DNA from: Candidatus Nomurabacteria bacterium
Lineage (GTDB): Bacteria; Patescibacteriota; Minisyncoccia; Phycocordibacterales; UBA9973
Direction: 5' to 3'
DNA: 64,000 nt
Assembly: GCA_023267375.1 (NCBI GenBank)
Contig: JAHFNJ010000001.1
Coordinates: forward strand, 21,878-85,877
The position numbers and the translations under genes were made by a program. Shown piece after piece: positions 53,542 through 63,936 of the stretch (positions within the stretch are counted from its first letter, which is position 1; each line of letters begins with the position of its first letter). The notes under the pieces were generated by a model. The model searched no databases. It was not told the origin of the DNA and saw nothing but the letters and a program-made list of their open reading frames with translations.

Positions 53542-54129
53542 CTACGGACGGAGAACGACAGGAACGCCAGTAACTAAAGAAATAATCTTAGATGGTTTTG
53601 ATTTGCGAGTGCCTGCTGACATATAAAAATCAATCGTATCGCCAAAATATTTTTTCGCGTCAGAAATAGTAAGTGCAGGAGGAAATCCTTCTTTATTTGC
53701 CGACGGCGCAACCAATGGGCCTGTTTTTTTAAGAATAGCGATCAGTGCTTTTTTATTCGGAAAGCGGAAAGCCAAAGACTCTACCCCACGATGCAAGTAT
53801 GTAATTTTTTTCTGACTCTTTTTTTCTACCGGCAACACGATACTGACCTTCCCTGGCCAGACTTTTTCTAACATACTTTTGTTTGCACGAATAAGTTCTG
53901 GTGAGATGCCAAACTTTTGTAAATCATGTATGGAGCTAATTAAAATAATGCACGGTTTCTTTGGATCACGTCCACGAACTTTATATATGCGTTCAACTGT
54001 TTTTTTTGAAAACGCACTGCCAACAACACCATAGAGTGTGTCGGTTGGAATGACACCAACTCCGCCTTTTTTTAATATTTTTACCAAATCCATAATAACG
54101 ATAGTAACATAGTTCCCGTCTATTGACAC
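53542..54129 (-). CDS. tsaC: L-threonylcarbamoyladenylate synthase (TsaC/YrdC family)
   Basis: GGVGVIPTDTLYGVVGSAFSKKTVERIYKVRGRDPKKPCIILI, a YrdC-fold signature. Confidence 0.8.
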   Translation of the reverse strand: MSIDGNYVTIVIMDLVKILKKGGVGVIPTDTLYGVVGSAFSKKTVERIYKVRGRDPKKPCIILISSIHDLQKFGISPELIRANKSMLEKVWPGKVSIVLPVEKKSQKKITYLHRGVESLAFRFPNKKALIAILKKTGPLVAPSANKEGFPPALTISDAKKYFGDTIDFYMSAGTRKSKPSKIISLVTGVPVVLRP

Positions 54130-54204
54130 TTATCCACAATACTCTACTATTAACCTCAAATATTCTTATTTCATTCATTGTCTAATTAAATACCCCCTAC
54201 ATCT

Positions 54205-54927
54205 ATGAAGAAGTTCAATCCTTTAAGCTTCATGCTACAGGTAGCATGTGCTCTATTAGTAGCGTTCTTTATTCCAAAAGGAACTACTGCTCAGTACACA
54301 GAAGAAAAATCTGATACAACGGAACAAAGTCTGGATAGCACCAGCAACAAAAAACTGCCACCTCCTATCGAATACCACCCTCAGTACGTAAAAGAGAAGT
54401 TTGCACTGGAACTGAGTTTAGGAAGTTCCTTAAACAGCAAGCTGCTGCCAATTGATTACAGGCCAAACTGGTCAGCAAACGCTCTTATTTCATTAGGCAA
54501 GAGAGGGATAATTGTTGTCGGAATGCTTTCACAAGGAAACTATGTCCGCGCTGATCTCAAGAGTAACGCCGAAGATGAACTGAATGCTGATGCAGAAGCA
54601 ACAGCATTTGAAGTCTGCGTTGGAGGCAATATCCCAAAATCTACAACTTCTCTTATTCTGCAAAAAATTGCGGGAAGTGGTGGAAGATTTTTTTATGGTT
54701 TTGGTTTTGGACCAGCAACGACCGGATTCTATCCCGCAACACATACGGGATTAGAATTGATCTTAACCACAAACCTTACCCCGAGAGCCAAGTATGCTTT
54801 TAATCCACTTATTGGATATATAAAATCATTCTGGGACTCGTACGAGAGTACACACGGAGCAGCAGCTCCTCGAAAAAATGATGCATCGTACCTGTACTTT
54901 GGTTTCCGATTTGGAGTTACGGGATAA
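54205..54927 (+). CDS. hypothetical secreted protein
   Basis: 240 aa. N-terminal signal peptide (MKKFNPLSFMLQVACALLVAFFIP). Ser/Gly-rich, beta-rich. Confidence 0.4.
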   Translation: MKKFNPLSFMLQVACALLVAFFIPKGTTAQYTEEKSDTTEQSLDSTSNKKLPPPIEYHPQYVKEKFALELSLGSSLNSKLLPIDYRPNWSANALISLGKRGIIVVGMLSQGNYVRADLKSNAEDELNADAEATAFEVCVGGNIPKSTTSLILQKIAGSGGRFFYGFGFGPATTGFYPATHTGLELILTTNLTPRAKYAFNPLIGYIKSFWDSYESTHGAAAPRKNDASYLYFGFRFGVTG

Positions 54928-54948
54928 AACTTCATTGTGTAAAAACAA

Positions 54949-54979
54949 AAAGCGGCCGTGCATAACGGCCGCTTTTTTT
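54949..54979. terminator. bidirectional rho-independent terminator
   Basis: aaaaagcggccg-tgcataa-cggccgcttttttt. Confidence 0.6.
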
Positions 54980-54981
54980 AT

Positions 54982-56094
54982 TTAAATTTTGAATTCGATT
55001 ACATCTCCATCTTTCACGATATATTCCTTCCCTTCCGTTCGCACTTTTCCTTTGGCGCGAGCTTCTCCGTATGAACCAGCATCGAGTAGATCTTTCCAAA
55101 AAACAACTTCGGCACGAATAAATTTATCCTTGAAGTCGGTATGGATTGCCGTACCAGCGATTGGCGCAGTGCTCCCCTTCTTGATGGTCCACGCGCGAGT
55201 CTCGTCTTCGCCTGTGGTGAAATAAGTATCAAGTCCAAGCAGTTTGTACCCCTCACTAATCAGATCATTGATACCATCATGTTCTCCGCCCATTTCTTTA
55301 CGGAACATATCTTTTTCTTCACCTTCAAAATCTTTAAGTTCGTCTTCAATCTTTGCATCGAGCACCACATACCGCGCACCAGTTGAAACGATATAATCAG
55401 TCAGCTCTTTGAAGAGTTCCGGGTTTGATTCATCGAGATTCTTTGATCCGCCTCGCTTATTCAATCCATAGAGAATCGGTTTGATAGTAAGCAAATTAAA
55501 TTGCTTCGCGCGTATAGCTTCTTTTTCATCAAGCACCACCGTGTTTGCCATCTGTTCTGCTTCAAGAGCTTGGAGTATTTTTTCAAGCACCACATTTTCA
55601 GCAATAGCTTCTTTGTCTCCCCGCTTCACATCGCGAGAAATATTCGCTATGCGTTTTGAGACTGTTTCAAGATCTGAAAGAATGAGTTCGAGATTAATTA
55701 CTTTAATATCACGGAGTGGATCAATGTCACCGTAGACATGCATAACATCGTTTCCTTTTTCTGCCTTTAGTGGAAAAATACGCACCATTTCAAAAATAGC
55801 ATCTGTCTCGCGAATATTGGCAAGAAATTTATTCCCAAGTCCTTCACCTTTCGAGGCGCCTGCAACTAGACCTGCAATATCAACAAATTCGATGGCTGCA
55901 GGAATTGTCTTTGCTGATTTTGAAAAAGTAGAAAGCTTCCAAAGACGTTCATCGGGTACCGCCACAATACCCACTGATGGATCAATAGTGCAAAATGGAT
56001 AGTTTTCAGCCGGCACCCCTTTCTTTGTTAGGGCATTAAAAAGCGTCGATTTACCGACGTTTGGAAGACCTACGATTCCTATTGATAGTGACAT
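54982..56094 (-). CDS. ychF: ribosome-binding ATPase YchF
   Basis: IGIVGLPNVGKSTLFNALT, and a TGS domain at the C-terminus. Confidence 0.9.
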   Translation of the reverse strand: MSLSIGIVGLPNVGKSTLFNALTKKGVPAENYPFCTIDPSVGIVAVPDERLWKLSTFSKSAKTIPAAIEFVDIAGLVAGASKGEGLGNKFLANIRETDAIFEMVRIFPLKAEKGNDVMHVYGDIDPLRDIKVINLELILSDLETVSKRIANISRDVKRGDKEAIAENVVLEKILQALEAEQMANTVVLDEKEAIRAKQFNLLTIKPILYGLNKRGGSKNLDESNPELFKELTDYIVSTGARYVVLDAKIEDELKDFEGEEKDMFRKEMGGEHDGINDLISEGYKLLGLDTYFTTGEDETRAWTIKKGSTAPIAGTAIHTDFKDKFIRAEVVFWKDLLDAGSYGEARAKGKVRTEGKEYIVKDGDVIEFKI

Positions 56095-56165
56095 GGGAGA
56101 AATATAACAGAAAAACCCTTTCTACTCAATGAGGAGAAAGGGTTTTTCTTATTATTATTTTTTTA

Positions 56166-59100
56166 TTACAACCCCAATGCTTGCAGTATCGCTGCCCAGG
56201 TTACTGGACCAACAACACCATCAACCGGAGCAAGACCTTTTGCAGCTTGGAATGCTTTCACCGCTGCTTCGGTCTGTAATCCGAAGTATGCATTTTCATT
56301 ACCAGGAGAACCGCCACCAGTTGTTGAAACGATGAATCCCAATTTGTTGAGTGATTGCTGAAGGAACATTACATCAGGACCGGTTGATTTGTATTTCAAT
56401 ACTCCAGTGTATGGATGACCGTTTGATGATGCTCCTGCATTACTGTTCCCTGATGGAGGAGTAACGCCAGCACACGACTGACCGGTTGATGGAGAGAAGA
56501 GGAAGCCTGCAGCACAGTCTGTTGGAGGGGTTGCTGGGGTTGCAGGAGGAGTTACTTTTGGACGTGATGATCCTCCACCGCCTCCACCACTAATGCTGGT
56601 GCCAGACGATGACTTATTAAATGTTGCAGTGCAGGTCTTGTCATCATCCATTGTAATTGTAATCGTCGCATTTGTACTTGAAGAACAGCCAGACCAATTC
56701 TTGAACGTAGATTTTGCTGCCGCTACTGCATAGAGTGTTACTTCTGTACCATCATCATAATCAGGTCCTTCTGGGTCAACATGGATAGTGCCTGTGCCAT
56801 TTCCTGAAGTATTGGTAGTTAAAGTAAATTGTTCAGGACCAGTCGAAACAAATGTTGCATGAATAGAATGGTTACCAGTAACATCTGTAAATTCATACGT
56901 TGTAACTGCGCCAACAGAAACATCATCTACAGTTACATCATCAATTGCGTATCCTTCGCTTGGAGCTACTGTAAAGGATTGGTCATCTCCTTCTGCAACG
57001 GACACCACTCCACTTGGAGTGACTGTTCCATTACCACCAGTTGTAGCGGTAATGTGATGCGTTTGAACGAGTGTAGGATAATCACCAACATTTGTTTTCC
57101 ATATGGTGTCAAAATTCCAGCTACCATTATCAAATGGATGATTAGCGGTGACGTCGCCGAAGAAATAGTTTGCACCAAGGGCAACAGGCGCGTTCACTCC
57201 TTCACATTCACCTGCAGTATCGTTTGCAACAGGAGGATCGATCCAGTCAGTAAATATCGAACAATGATCCTGTCCACTTCGATCTATATCGTAATAGTTA
57301 TTTGAGAGAGTTGCGCCATCATCATTTTCACCGAGAAAGCCGGCAGTAAAGATTCCAAATCCGGAAACTTCTTCAACTGCACCAGCAGAGAAACTGTTTG
57401 AGATAGTACCGCCTTCAGTTTCACCCACAAGTCCGCCGACTTCAGATTCAGTTTCTTGAACATCTGTTTCTAAATCTTCATCCCACATAAGCAACCCTGT
57501 AAGATCTCCCGTTACATCACCAGAAGCATATGAGTGGTCAATAATTGTTTCGTCAGCAAACCCTACGAGGCCACCAACCGAACGTGTTCCTGAAACATCA
57601 CCACTCGCATAAGAGTTATCGATTGTAAGAACACCTTCTGAATCTCCAATAAGACCTCCGGTATCCTGACCTCCAGTAACATCACCAGTCGCATATGAAG
57701 TGGTAATAGTTGTATCATCATCTGCTCCACCTATAAGTCCACCGAATCCATAGTAATCATTATCAATTTGAGATGTTATATTACCAGTTGCATGAGAATC
57801 AGTAATATTCACAGTTACTAAATCACTCGTCCACCCAACTAAGCCACCCAAATACTCATAGATACTTGAAACATCATTTGTTGCATAGCTTTGATCAATG
57901 TTTACTGTTGTTGGATTTTCACCCCACCACCAACCTGACTCTACTGAACCGAGTAGTCCACCAGCGTATCCTTCATCAATACTACCAAGTTCATCTGACG
58001 CGCCAATATCTCCCACAGCATTTGAGTTGGTAATGTTTATAACTTGGTGACCTCCACTATTTATCGAATAACCTATAAGCCCACCGATAGAGGAACTTCC
58101 AATTTCAATCGGAACGTCACTATAACTATCAGTTACGGTGAGCGTATTTGTTTCACCTGTATCGCCACCTGTATAAAATTCTCCTATCAATCCTCCAATG
58201 TATTCACCATCTTCTGTTGTACTTGAGATGGTTCCTGTAGCGCTACTTCCATCAATCACTGCTGTTGCTTGATCATTAAGTTCAATTTCACCAATAAGAC
58301 CTCCAGCGTAACCTTCTGGTGCGGTAACCACGTTCCCACTTTCATTAGTCCATGAACTATCAGTTATAGTAAGCTCATCTCCATTTTCAACATTAGCATA
58401 ACCAATTAGTCCGCCAACTTCCTCATTACCTGTAACATCTTCAGTTGAAGTACTATTTTCTATAGTAATGTCAGCATCGTATATTTCACCTAAAAATCCA
58501 CCTATACCATAAGATTCACTTGTATTTGTAATAACATTTGCAGAATTTGTACTATCAGTAATCGTTATTGCTCCACTATTATTATCATCCCCATCATACT
58601 CTCCGATAAATCCACCCACTCCCTCTCCATTACCTGTTGTAACTGCTCCCTGATTTGTTGCATCATCAAAATTAATAGTAAAAGGTATATCCTCTGAGTA
58701 TGCATGTCCGATGAAGCCACCTATATAATAATTCCAAGTAGTACCCTCATTATCTGTGGCAGTTACACTTGCATTATTGTAACTCTCTCCTTCTATACTT
58801 ATAGAACTATTACGAGAATCTACTTGCCCAATAAATCCTCCAAGACTGTATATATCGTTACCACTTGAAGTACTACCAATACTTCCATCAACATAACTAT
58901 TATCTACAGTAATCACGCTGTTATAACGGATTATAGAATAACCTATAAGTCCACCGATATACCCACTATTTGTAGCAGAAATATTTACGTTAGCATCTGA
59001 ATCTGAAATAGTTACATTACTTCCAAAGCGCTGCTCCAATCTTCCAAACATTCCACCTAAATTATTCTGACCATCATCTACTGAAAGCTGTCCTTCGGTG

Positions 59101-60566
59101 CCATAATTTACGGAAGTATTTGAAACCGTGAGTGTTGCTCCGTGGTATGCATCTCCATATCCAACAAGACCACCGACATCATAATTACCGTGCACAGCTC
59201 CATCAACTCCACCAACAATAGTATCTGAAATAGTTAAAGAAGAATCGTAATACATCTCGTATCCTCCTATAAGACCACCGACATCACTATCCCCAGTTAA
59301 ATGAAGATTACTTGTACTGTTTGTTATTGAAAGCAAACTATCACGTGCATCCCAGTATCCAACAAATCCTCCTATATCACTCCACGCACTATCAATTGTT
59401 CCATCGGCACTTGTATCATCTATGTAAACACTACCTGCGGAAGATTCCCAATAATCATCATTGTTAACATAACCAATAATTCCACCAACATCATATATAT
59501 TATCTCCATTGCCAATATCTACAGTGGCATGAGAACCGCCATTAATAACAAGTGAACCACCACGATACTGTTCTACTTCTCCAACAAGTCCACCAATATC
59601 ATATCCTGGAATTATTCCACCTTCATCTATAAGTACATTAGTATCTACGTTTGTAAGCGTGAGAACAGAACCACCAGATTCAATATCTGCATAACCGACA
59701 GCTCCACCCAATTCTCCTTGACCATTTATAGTTGCCTCTCCATCCCCCCAAGAAGTGTCACTAAGAGTAGCTTTTGCCGAGGAATCAAGATATACATAAC
59801 CAATAAGTCCCCCAACATCATTACTACCTGACGCAACATCACCAGTTACCACTACATCATCAACAGTAAGACTCGCATTATTGGACATATTTACATATCC
59901 AATAAGTCCACCTGTTGCCCAACCATCATTCGTGACATTCACCGATACAGATCCTCCTGTTATTGAAACAGCACTACTTGCAGCATCCCCATATACTTCT
60001 CCGACAAGTCCACCGATATAGTAGTTTACTCCATGAACAGTTCCGCTTGCTGACACATTTTCAACCGTTGAATCATATTGAAGGTACCCAGCAAGTGCTC
60101 CGATATTATAAGCTCCACTCATATTAACGTCTGTAAGTGTAAAATCATGAATATATGCACCATTATTTGTATCACTGAAAAGTCCTACACCATCCTCACC
60201 TGGACGATTTATATATAAGCCAGTAATTGTATTACTGTTTCCGTCCAAGGTTCCAGAGAAATTTTCAAGTGGAGAAAAACCATAAAATCCACCTTCTCCA
60301 TTATCATTCCAGGTGGTTGTACCCGAACAATTAATAACTCCTTCGCCACCATTTAATTGATAGTAAACTCCTGGAGCTACATTGTTACCAATTGCTTGCA
60401 ATTCTTCACACGTAGTAATGAGATAAGGATTATCGGCAGTACCATCGGGATCAGCAAACGATGTTTTTGGGTAGACAGCAACCAAGGTAACTAGCACTAT
60501 CGCAAAAATTCCCGTTGGAACAAATGAAAACTTCCTGAATTTTTTAAAAAAGTTTGTGGTAATCAT
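56166..60566 (-). CDS. giant cell-surface protein: signal anchor, ~35 GLUG-type repeats, InlB-B-like repeat, Cys motif, and a C-terminal peptidoglycan-binding domain
   Basis: 1466 aa. Reiterated ..(I/V)GG(L/F)(I/V)G(Y/E).. units of ~25 to 30 aa (GLUG motif). C-terminus ...PSEGYAIDDVTVDDVSVG..YEFTDVTGNHSIHATF, G6SS linker, DCAAGFLFSPSTGQSC, then LxxGxxGxxVxxLQ...DGVVGPVT (PG_binding_1-like). Confidence 0.7.
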   Translation of the reverse strand: MITTNFFKKFRKFSFVPTGIFAIVLVTLVAVYPKTSFADPDGTADNPYLITTCEELQAIGNNVAPGVYYQLNGGEGVINCSGTTTWNDNGEGGFYGFSPLENFSGTLDGNSNTITGLYINRPGEDGVGLFSDTNNGAYIHDFTLTDVNMSGAYNIGALAGYLQYDSTVENVSASGTVHGVNYYIGGLVGEVYGDAASSAVSITGGSVSVNVTNDGWATGGLIGYVNMSNNASLTVDDVVVTGDVASGSNDVGGLIGYVYLDSSAKATLSDTSWGDGEATINGQGELGGAVGYADIESGGSVLTLTNVDTNVLIDEGGIIPGYDIGGLVGEVEQYRGGSLVINGGSHATVDIGNGDNIYDVGGIIGYVNNDDYWESSAGSVYIDDTSADGTIDSAWSDIGGFVGYWDARDSLLSITNSTSNLHLTGDSDVGGLIGGYEMYYDSSLTISDTIVGGVDGAVHGNYDVGGLVGYGDAYHGATLTVSNTSVNYGTEGQLSVDDGQNNLGGMFGRLEQRFGSNVTISDSDANVNISATNSGYIGGLIGYSIIRYNSVITVDNSYVDGSIGSTSSGNDIYSLGGFIGQVDSRNSSISIEGESYNNASVTATDNEGTTWNYYIGGFIGHAYSEDIPFTINFDDATNQGAVTTGNGEGVGGFIGEYDGDDNNSGAITITDSTNSANVITNTSESYGIGGFLGEIYDADITIENSTSTEDVTGNEEVGGLIGYANVENGDELTITDSSWTNESGNVVTAPEGYAGGLIGEIELNDQATAVIDGSSATGTISSTTEDGEYIGGLIGEFYTGGDTGETNTLTVTDSYSDVPIEIGSSSIGGLIGYSINSGGHQVINITNSNAVGDIGASDELGSIDEGYAGGLLGSVESGWWWGENPTTVNIDQSYATNDVSSIYEYLGGLVGWTSDLVTVNITDSHATGNITSQIDNDYYGFGGLIGGADDDTTITTSYATGDVTGGQDTGGLIGDSEGVLTIDNSYASGDVSGTRSVGGLVGFADETIIDHSYASGDVTGDLTGLLMWDEDLETDVQETESEVGGLVGETEGGTISNSFSAGAVEEVSGFGIFTAGFLGENDDGATLSNNYYDIDRSGQDHCSIFTDWIDPPVANDTAGECEGVNAPVALGANYFFGDVTANHPFDNGSWNFDTIWKTNVGDYPTLVQTHHITATTGGNGTVTPSGVVSVAEGDDQSFTVAPSEGYAIDDVTVDDVSVGAVTTYEFTDVTGNHSIHATFVSTGPEQFTLTTNTSGNGTGTIHVDPEGPDYDDGTEVTLYAVAAAKSTFKNWSGCSSSTNATITITMDDDKTCTATFNKSSSGTSISGGGGGGSSRPKVTPPATPATPPTDCAAGFLFSPSTGQSCAGVTPPSGNSNAGASSNGHPYTGVLKYKSTGPDVMFLQQSLNKLGFIVSTTGGGSPGNENAYFGLQTEAAVKAFQAAKGLAPVDGVVGPVTWAAILQALGL

Positions 60567-60571
60567 AGTAA

Positions 60572-61045
60572 TTATTGTTGCGCCGGAGCAATAATATCTG
60601 CTAATGCTGTCTCATAGTTTTCAAGTTGATCAATGGTTGTAGTAGATTGAATATTTTCCTTGAGTGCCTGGAGTTGCGAAATTAAACCACTACTTGATTG
60701 AATTGTTTTTTTTGTACCATTTTGATGAATCGATAGTGCTTGAATGCTTGCAATTTTTGTATTACGAGCATCTTCTGATTGAAGATGTCTGATAACACGC
60801 TCCACATTCAAAATCTCGCGCGCTTTTTCAGCAACAAACCGAGATGTTGACTGTGCTAAACGCGCATCTTGTGGGTGTCGTGCGCTAAATGAAGTAGCCT
60901 GGCGAGATTTCGCGGCAGTCTCATTCCTCGTTGCATGGTCCGATGCTTTTGATGCCTGCGCCGTATGTATCGAAAAAATGCCAATACCAACAAGTAGTAC
61001 GGCAGAGATAATTAAAAAAGTATATTTTTTCATAGCAAAAAACAT
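60572..61045 (-). CDS. hypothetical secreted protein
   Basis: 157 aa. Signal peptide (LIISAVLLVGIGIFSIHTAQA), a Ser/Thr/Gln-rich middle region and a helical C-terminal region. Confidence 0.4.
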   Translation of the reverse strand: MFFAMKKYTFLIISAVLLVGIGIFSIHTAQASKASDHATRNETAAKSRQATSFSARHPQDARLAQSTSRFVAEKAREILNVERVIRHLQSEDARNTKIASIQALSIHQNGTKKTIQSSSGLISQLQALKENIQSTTTIDQLENYETALADIIAPAQQ

Positions 61046-61215
61046 TTAACACAACACTTTTGAGCGCTGCGTAATTAATTCATAATAAATAAAACTTCAA
61101 CTCTTATATTTTAAGTGTTCTCGAACTATTTGTCATTATTTTATGGGGATAACTCGCACACAAAGAGCACGCAATCTCTGCGTATGCAACAAAGTAAGTA
61201 GATCAATGATCTACA

Positions 61216-63936
61216 CTATTTCATTCTACTTGCCGTTACTGGACCAACGACACCATCAGCAGGAAGTCCGTTCATTCGTTGAAAGAGTTGCACCGCTTGC
61301 ATTGTTTTAGTACCAAACGAATTTGTTTCAAATCCTTTTGAGCCAGTACCAGAGAGAGAAACGGGGTATCCATGCGTATTCAAATATTTTTGCAACAGGA
61401 GTACGTCGTTCCCGATCATGCCAAATTTGAGTGTGCGAACATAGACATAGGGTGCACCACCACTCGTTTGATTTCCTAAAAACAGTGACTGCAGTGGCGC
61501 GCTACCGCCTGTGCATGATTGCCCAGTTGACGGACTAAAGGCAAAACCAAGTGAACAATCAGCGGGCTTGGCGAGAGCCGGACATGCCCTTCCAGTCGAA
61601 GGACTAAAAGCAAAACCAAGTGAACAATCAGCGGGAACTACCGGTTTTGGAGCACCGCCTCCCCCTCCACCACCACCACTAGAAGTATTTTTTTTAAACG
61701 TTACGCTGATTGTATGGTCTTCGTTCACTCCCGAAAATGTATATTTTTTTACTGACCCAACTGATGAACCATCAACAAGCACTTTATTTACTGAGTATCC
61801 CCGTGCCGGAGTGATTGTAAAGAGTTGACTGCCACCAAATGAAACAGTAACGGCTCCTGTTGGAGTGATTGTTCCATTTGCGTCTGCTGAAGCAGTAATA
61901 TGCGGGGAAACAATGCCGCTACTAAAAGTAGCGACAGCGGCATTGAGAGTCACCAGTGCCGCGTCAACAGTTGCTTGCGCGACAGCATTGGTTATTGATG
62001 AGGCGGTATCAATTGCAGTTTGGAGTGTCGCTTTCGAACCAACAGCATATTGTCCGGTTGCCGTACCTTCTACAGCTCCGTCGTATAATGTTTGCGCAGA
62101 AGAAATTGCAGCAGTGAGCGCAGTTAAATCGGATGGTGGCACTACTGAAGCATAAAATGTTGTTTCAGCGCTAACTAATGCAGCCAGTGCAGAATTTATT
62201 GTTGATTGAGATGAGCTTATTGTGTTCGCCACTGCTTGAGCAGCATCTATCGCAGATTGAAATAGTGCCTTCGAACCCACCACATGATCTCCTGGGGTTG
62301 TGCCTTCGATTGCATCATCGTGGAGTCCTTGTGCGGTCACAATCTCAACATTTAAAGCATCGAAATCAGCCGGAACAATACCTGACAGAAACACTCCAGT
62401 TGCAGCATCGAGCGCACTGACTCCATCGGCAATGAAACTCGAGGAGGAATCACTGTCATCTAAAATTGCAGTTGCGGCGTCAATTGCCGTTTGGTAAGTA
62501 GCTTTTGAGCCGACACTGTACTGTCCTGGACTTGTTCCCTCAACGGCGCTGTCATGGACACCTTGGGCGTAGAGAATATCAGCATCAAACAAGGCTTTCT
62601 GAGCATTTATTCTTTTTTCAGAAACAGTCTTGCCGGAATATCCCGCCTTAGTATCTCCAGTATTTAAAATGATGCTTCTTACTTGTGTCGCAGTGAGATT
62701 ATTTTTATATCCCCAAATAAGCCCTGCTAAACCTGCGACGTACGGAGTCGCCATTGAAGTACCTGAAAGGTATGCGTACGCATTTTGCGTAATCGTACTT
62801 GCGATATTTTCTCCCGGAGCGGCGACATCCACAGAGGTAGCCCCATAATTTGAGAATGAGGTAAGCGCATCATTTTGATCAGTGGCCGCAACTGAAATAA
62901 TACTTGGCAAATCATAATCTGAAGGATAAAAATGAGAAGTATCGTTATTGTTAGTATCATTCCCTGCCGCAGCCACAAAAATTCCTCCGGCGTTTTGGAA
63001 GCGCTCAATTGCATCATATTCGGCTTGAGAAAATCCTCCACCCCCAAAGGAAGCATTGATAACTTTTGCGCCATTTTGAATCGCAAAATCAATTGCCTTC
63101 ACTTCGGACGATACTGTGAGCGCAAAACGAAGTGCCATTATTTTTGCATGCGGCGCAATACCCAAGACTCCGATGCCGTTATTTTTTTCTGCAGCAATAA
63201 TTCCAGCAACGTGAGTACCATGATAATCCGAGTTGGTCCCTGGTAATGGCGTTTTGTCATTACCACTATAATCATACCCATAGTTACATCCACCAAGTAC
63301 CGCACCAGTATTACTCTTGCAGTTGGTGCCATCCCACATATTCGTAGCCAAATCAGGGTGTGTATATGAGACACCGATATCAATCACCGCAACAACAACA
63401 GCTGCATTTGTTCCTTCATTTATTGCCCATGCTTCTGGAGCATCAACATCTGCGTCGGCGGTTCCAGTGATATTCGCCCAATCACCATTTATCGTCTGAC
63501 CAGTGTTATCGAGTCCCCAAAGTAATGCTCGATGGGTATCATCCGAACTAATCGTTGTAATATCTCGCACGTAGTTTGGTTCAGCATATTCGATATTTGG
63601 ATCATTTTGCAAATCAGCAATAGTCTCCTCTACTGTTTTTACTGAATCCGTTTTGAGTAGTGAAATATTTTCTTTTTGAAAATGCTCTTCAATAGAAAGT
63701 GCTTGCTTTTTACTGAGCGCATCAGCAAGAGCTCTCCCTGAGGCAGTCTTTAAATTCACTTTCTCTTCTTTGTATTTCACCAGAACTTCATCCGGAACAT
63801 AGTGATGCACCTCTTGGCTTTTCATTTGCGGGACTGGAATAATAACGTCGTCCGCAGAAGCAAGTGGTGCCACAACAAGCATACTAAACAGAAGTATGCT
63901 TGTTACAAACAGAGTTTTGCTTTTTATGGTAAGCAT
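61216..63936 (-). CDS. secreted S8 subtilisin-like serine protease with FIVAR-like repeats and a C-terminal peptidoglycan-binding domain
   Basis: Signal peptide. D (VIDIGV), H (HGTHVAGIIAA), S (GTSMATPYVAGLAGL) catalytic triad. Four ~55-aa repeats (..EGT.PGQY.VGSKAT.QTAIDAA..). InlB-B-like repeat, G8 linker, 2x DCSLGFAFSPSTG(R/Q)xC, and a PG-binding domain. Confidence 0.8.
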   Translation of the reverse strand: MLTIKSKTLFVTSILLFSMLVVAPLASADDVIIPVPQMKSQEVHHYVPDEVLVKYKEEKVNLKTASGRALADALSKKQALSIEEHFQKENISLLKTDSVKTVEETIADLQNDPNIEYAEPNYVRDITTISSDDTHRALLWGLDNTGQTINGDWANITGTADADVDAPEAWAINEGTNAAVVVAVIDIGVSYTHPDLATNMWDGTNCKSNTGAVLGGCNYGYDYSGNDKTPLPGTNSDYHGTHVAGIIAAEKNNGIGVLGIAPHAKIMALRFALTVSSEVKAIDFAIQNGAKVINASFGGGGFSQAEYDAIERFQNAGGIFVAAAGNDTNNNDTSHFYPSDYDLPSIISVAATDQNDALTSFSNYGATSVDVAAPGENIASTITQNAYAYLSGTSMATPYVAGLAGLIWGYKNNLTATQVRSIILNTGDTKAGYSGKTVSEKRINAQKALFDADILYAQGVHDSAVEGTSPGQYSVGSKATYQTAIDAATAILDDSDSSSSFIADGVSALDAATGVFLSGIVPADFDALNVEIVTAQGLHDDAIEGTTPGDHVVGSKALFQSAIDAAQAVANTISSSQSTINSALAALVSAETTFYASVVPPSDLTALTAAISSAQTLYDGAVEGTATGQYAVGSKATLQTAIDTASSITNAVAQATVDAALVTLNAAVATFSSGIVSPHITASADANGTITPTGAVTVSFGGSQLFTITPARGYSVNKVLVDGSSVGSVKKYTFSGVNEDHTISVTFKKNTSSGGGGGGGGAPKPVVPADCSLGFAFSPSTGRACPALAKPADCSLGFAFSPSTGQSCTGGSAPLQSLFLGNQTSGGAPYVYVRTLKFGMIGNDVLLLQKYLNTHGYPVSLSGTGSKGFETNSFGTKTMQAVQLFQRMNGLPADGVVGPVTASRMK
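61521..61634 (-). repeat. ~57-bp tandem duplication inside the S8 protease CDS, encoding the duplicated DCSLGFAFSPSTGxxC motif
   Basis: actaaaggcaaaaccaagtgaacaatcagcggg and actaaaagcaaaaccaagtgaacaatcagcggg are nearly identical cores, 57 bp apart. Confidence 0.6.

Noticed and set aside
56166-60566. Highly repetitive DNA that might be mistaken for a CRISPR or other array
   Set aside because: The repeats are degenerate, variable in length and in-frame (protein GLUG repeats). There is no constant repeat and spacer periodicity.
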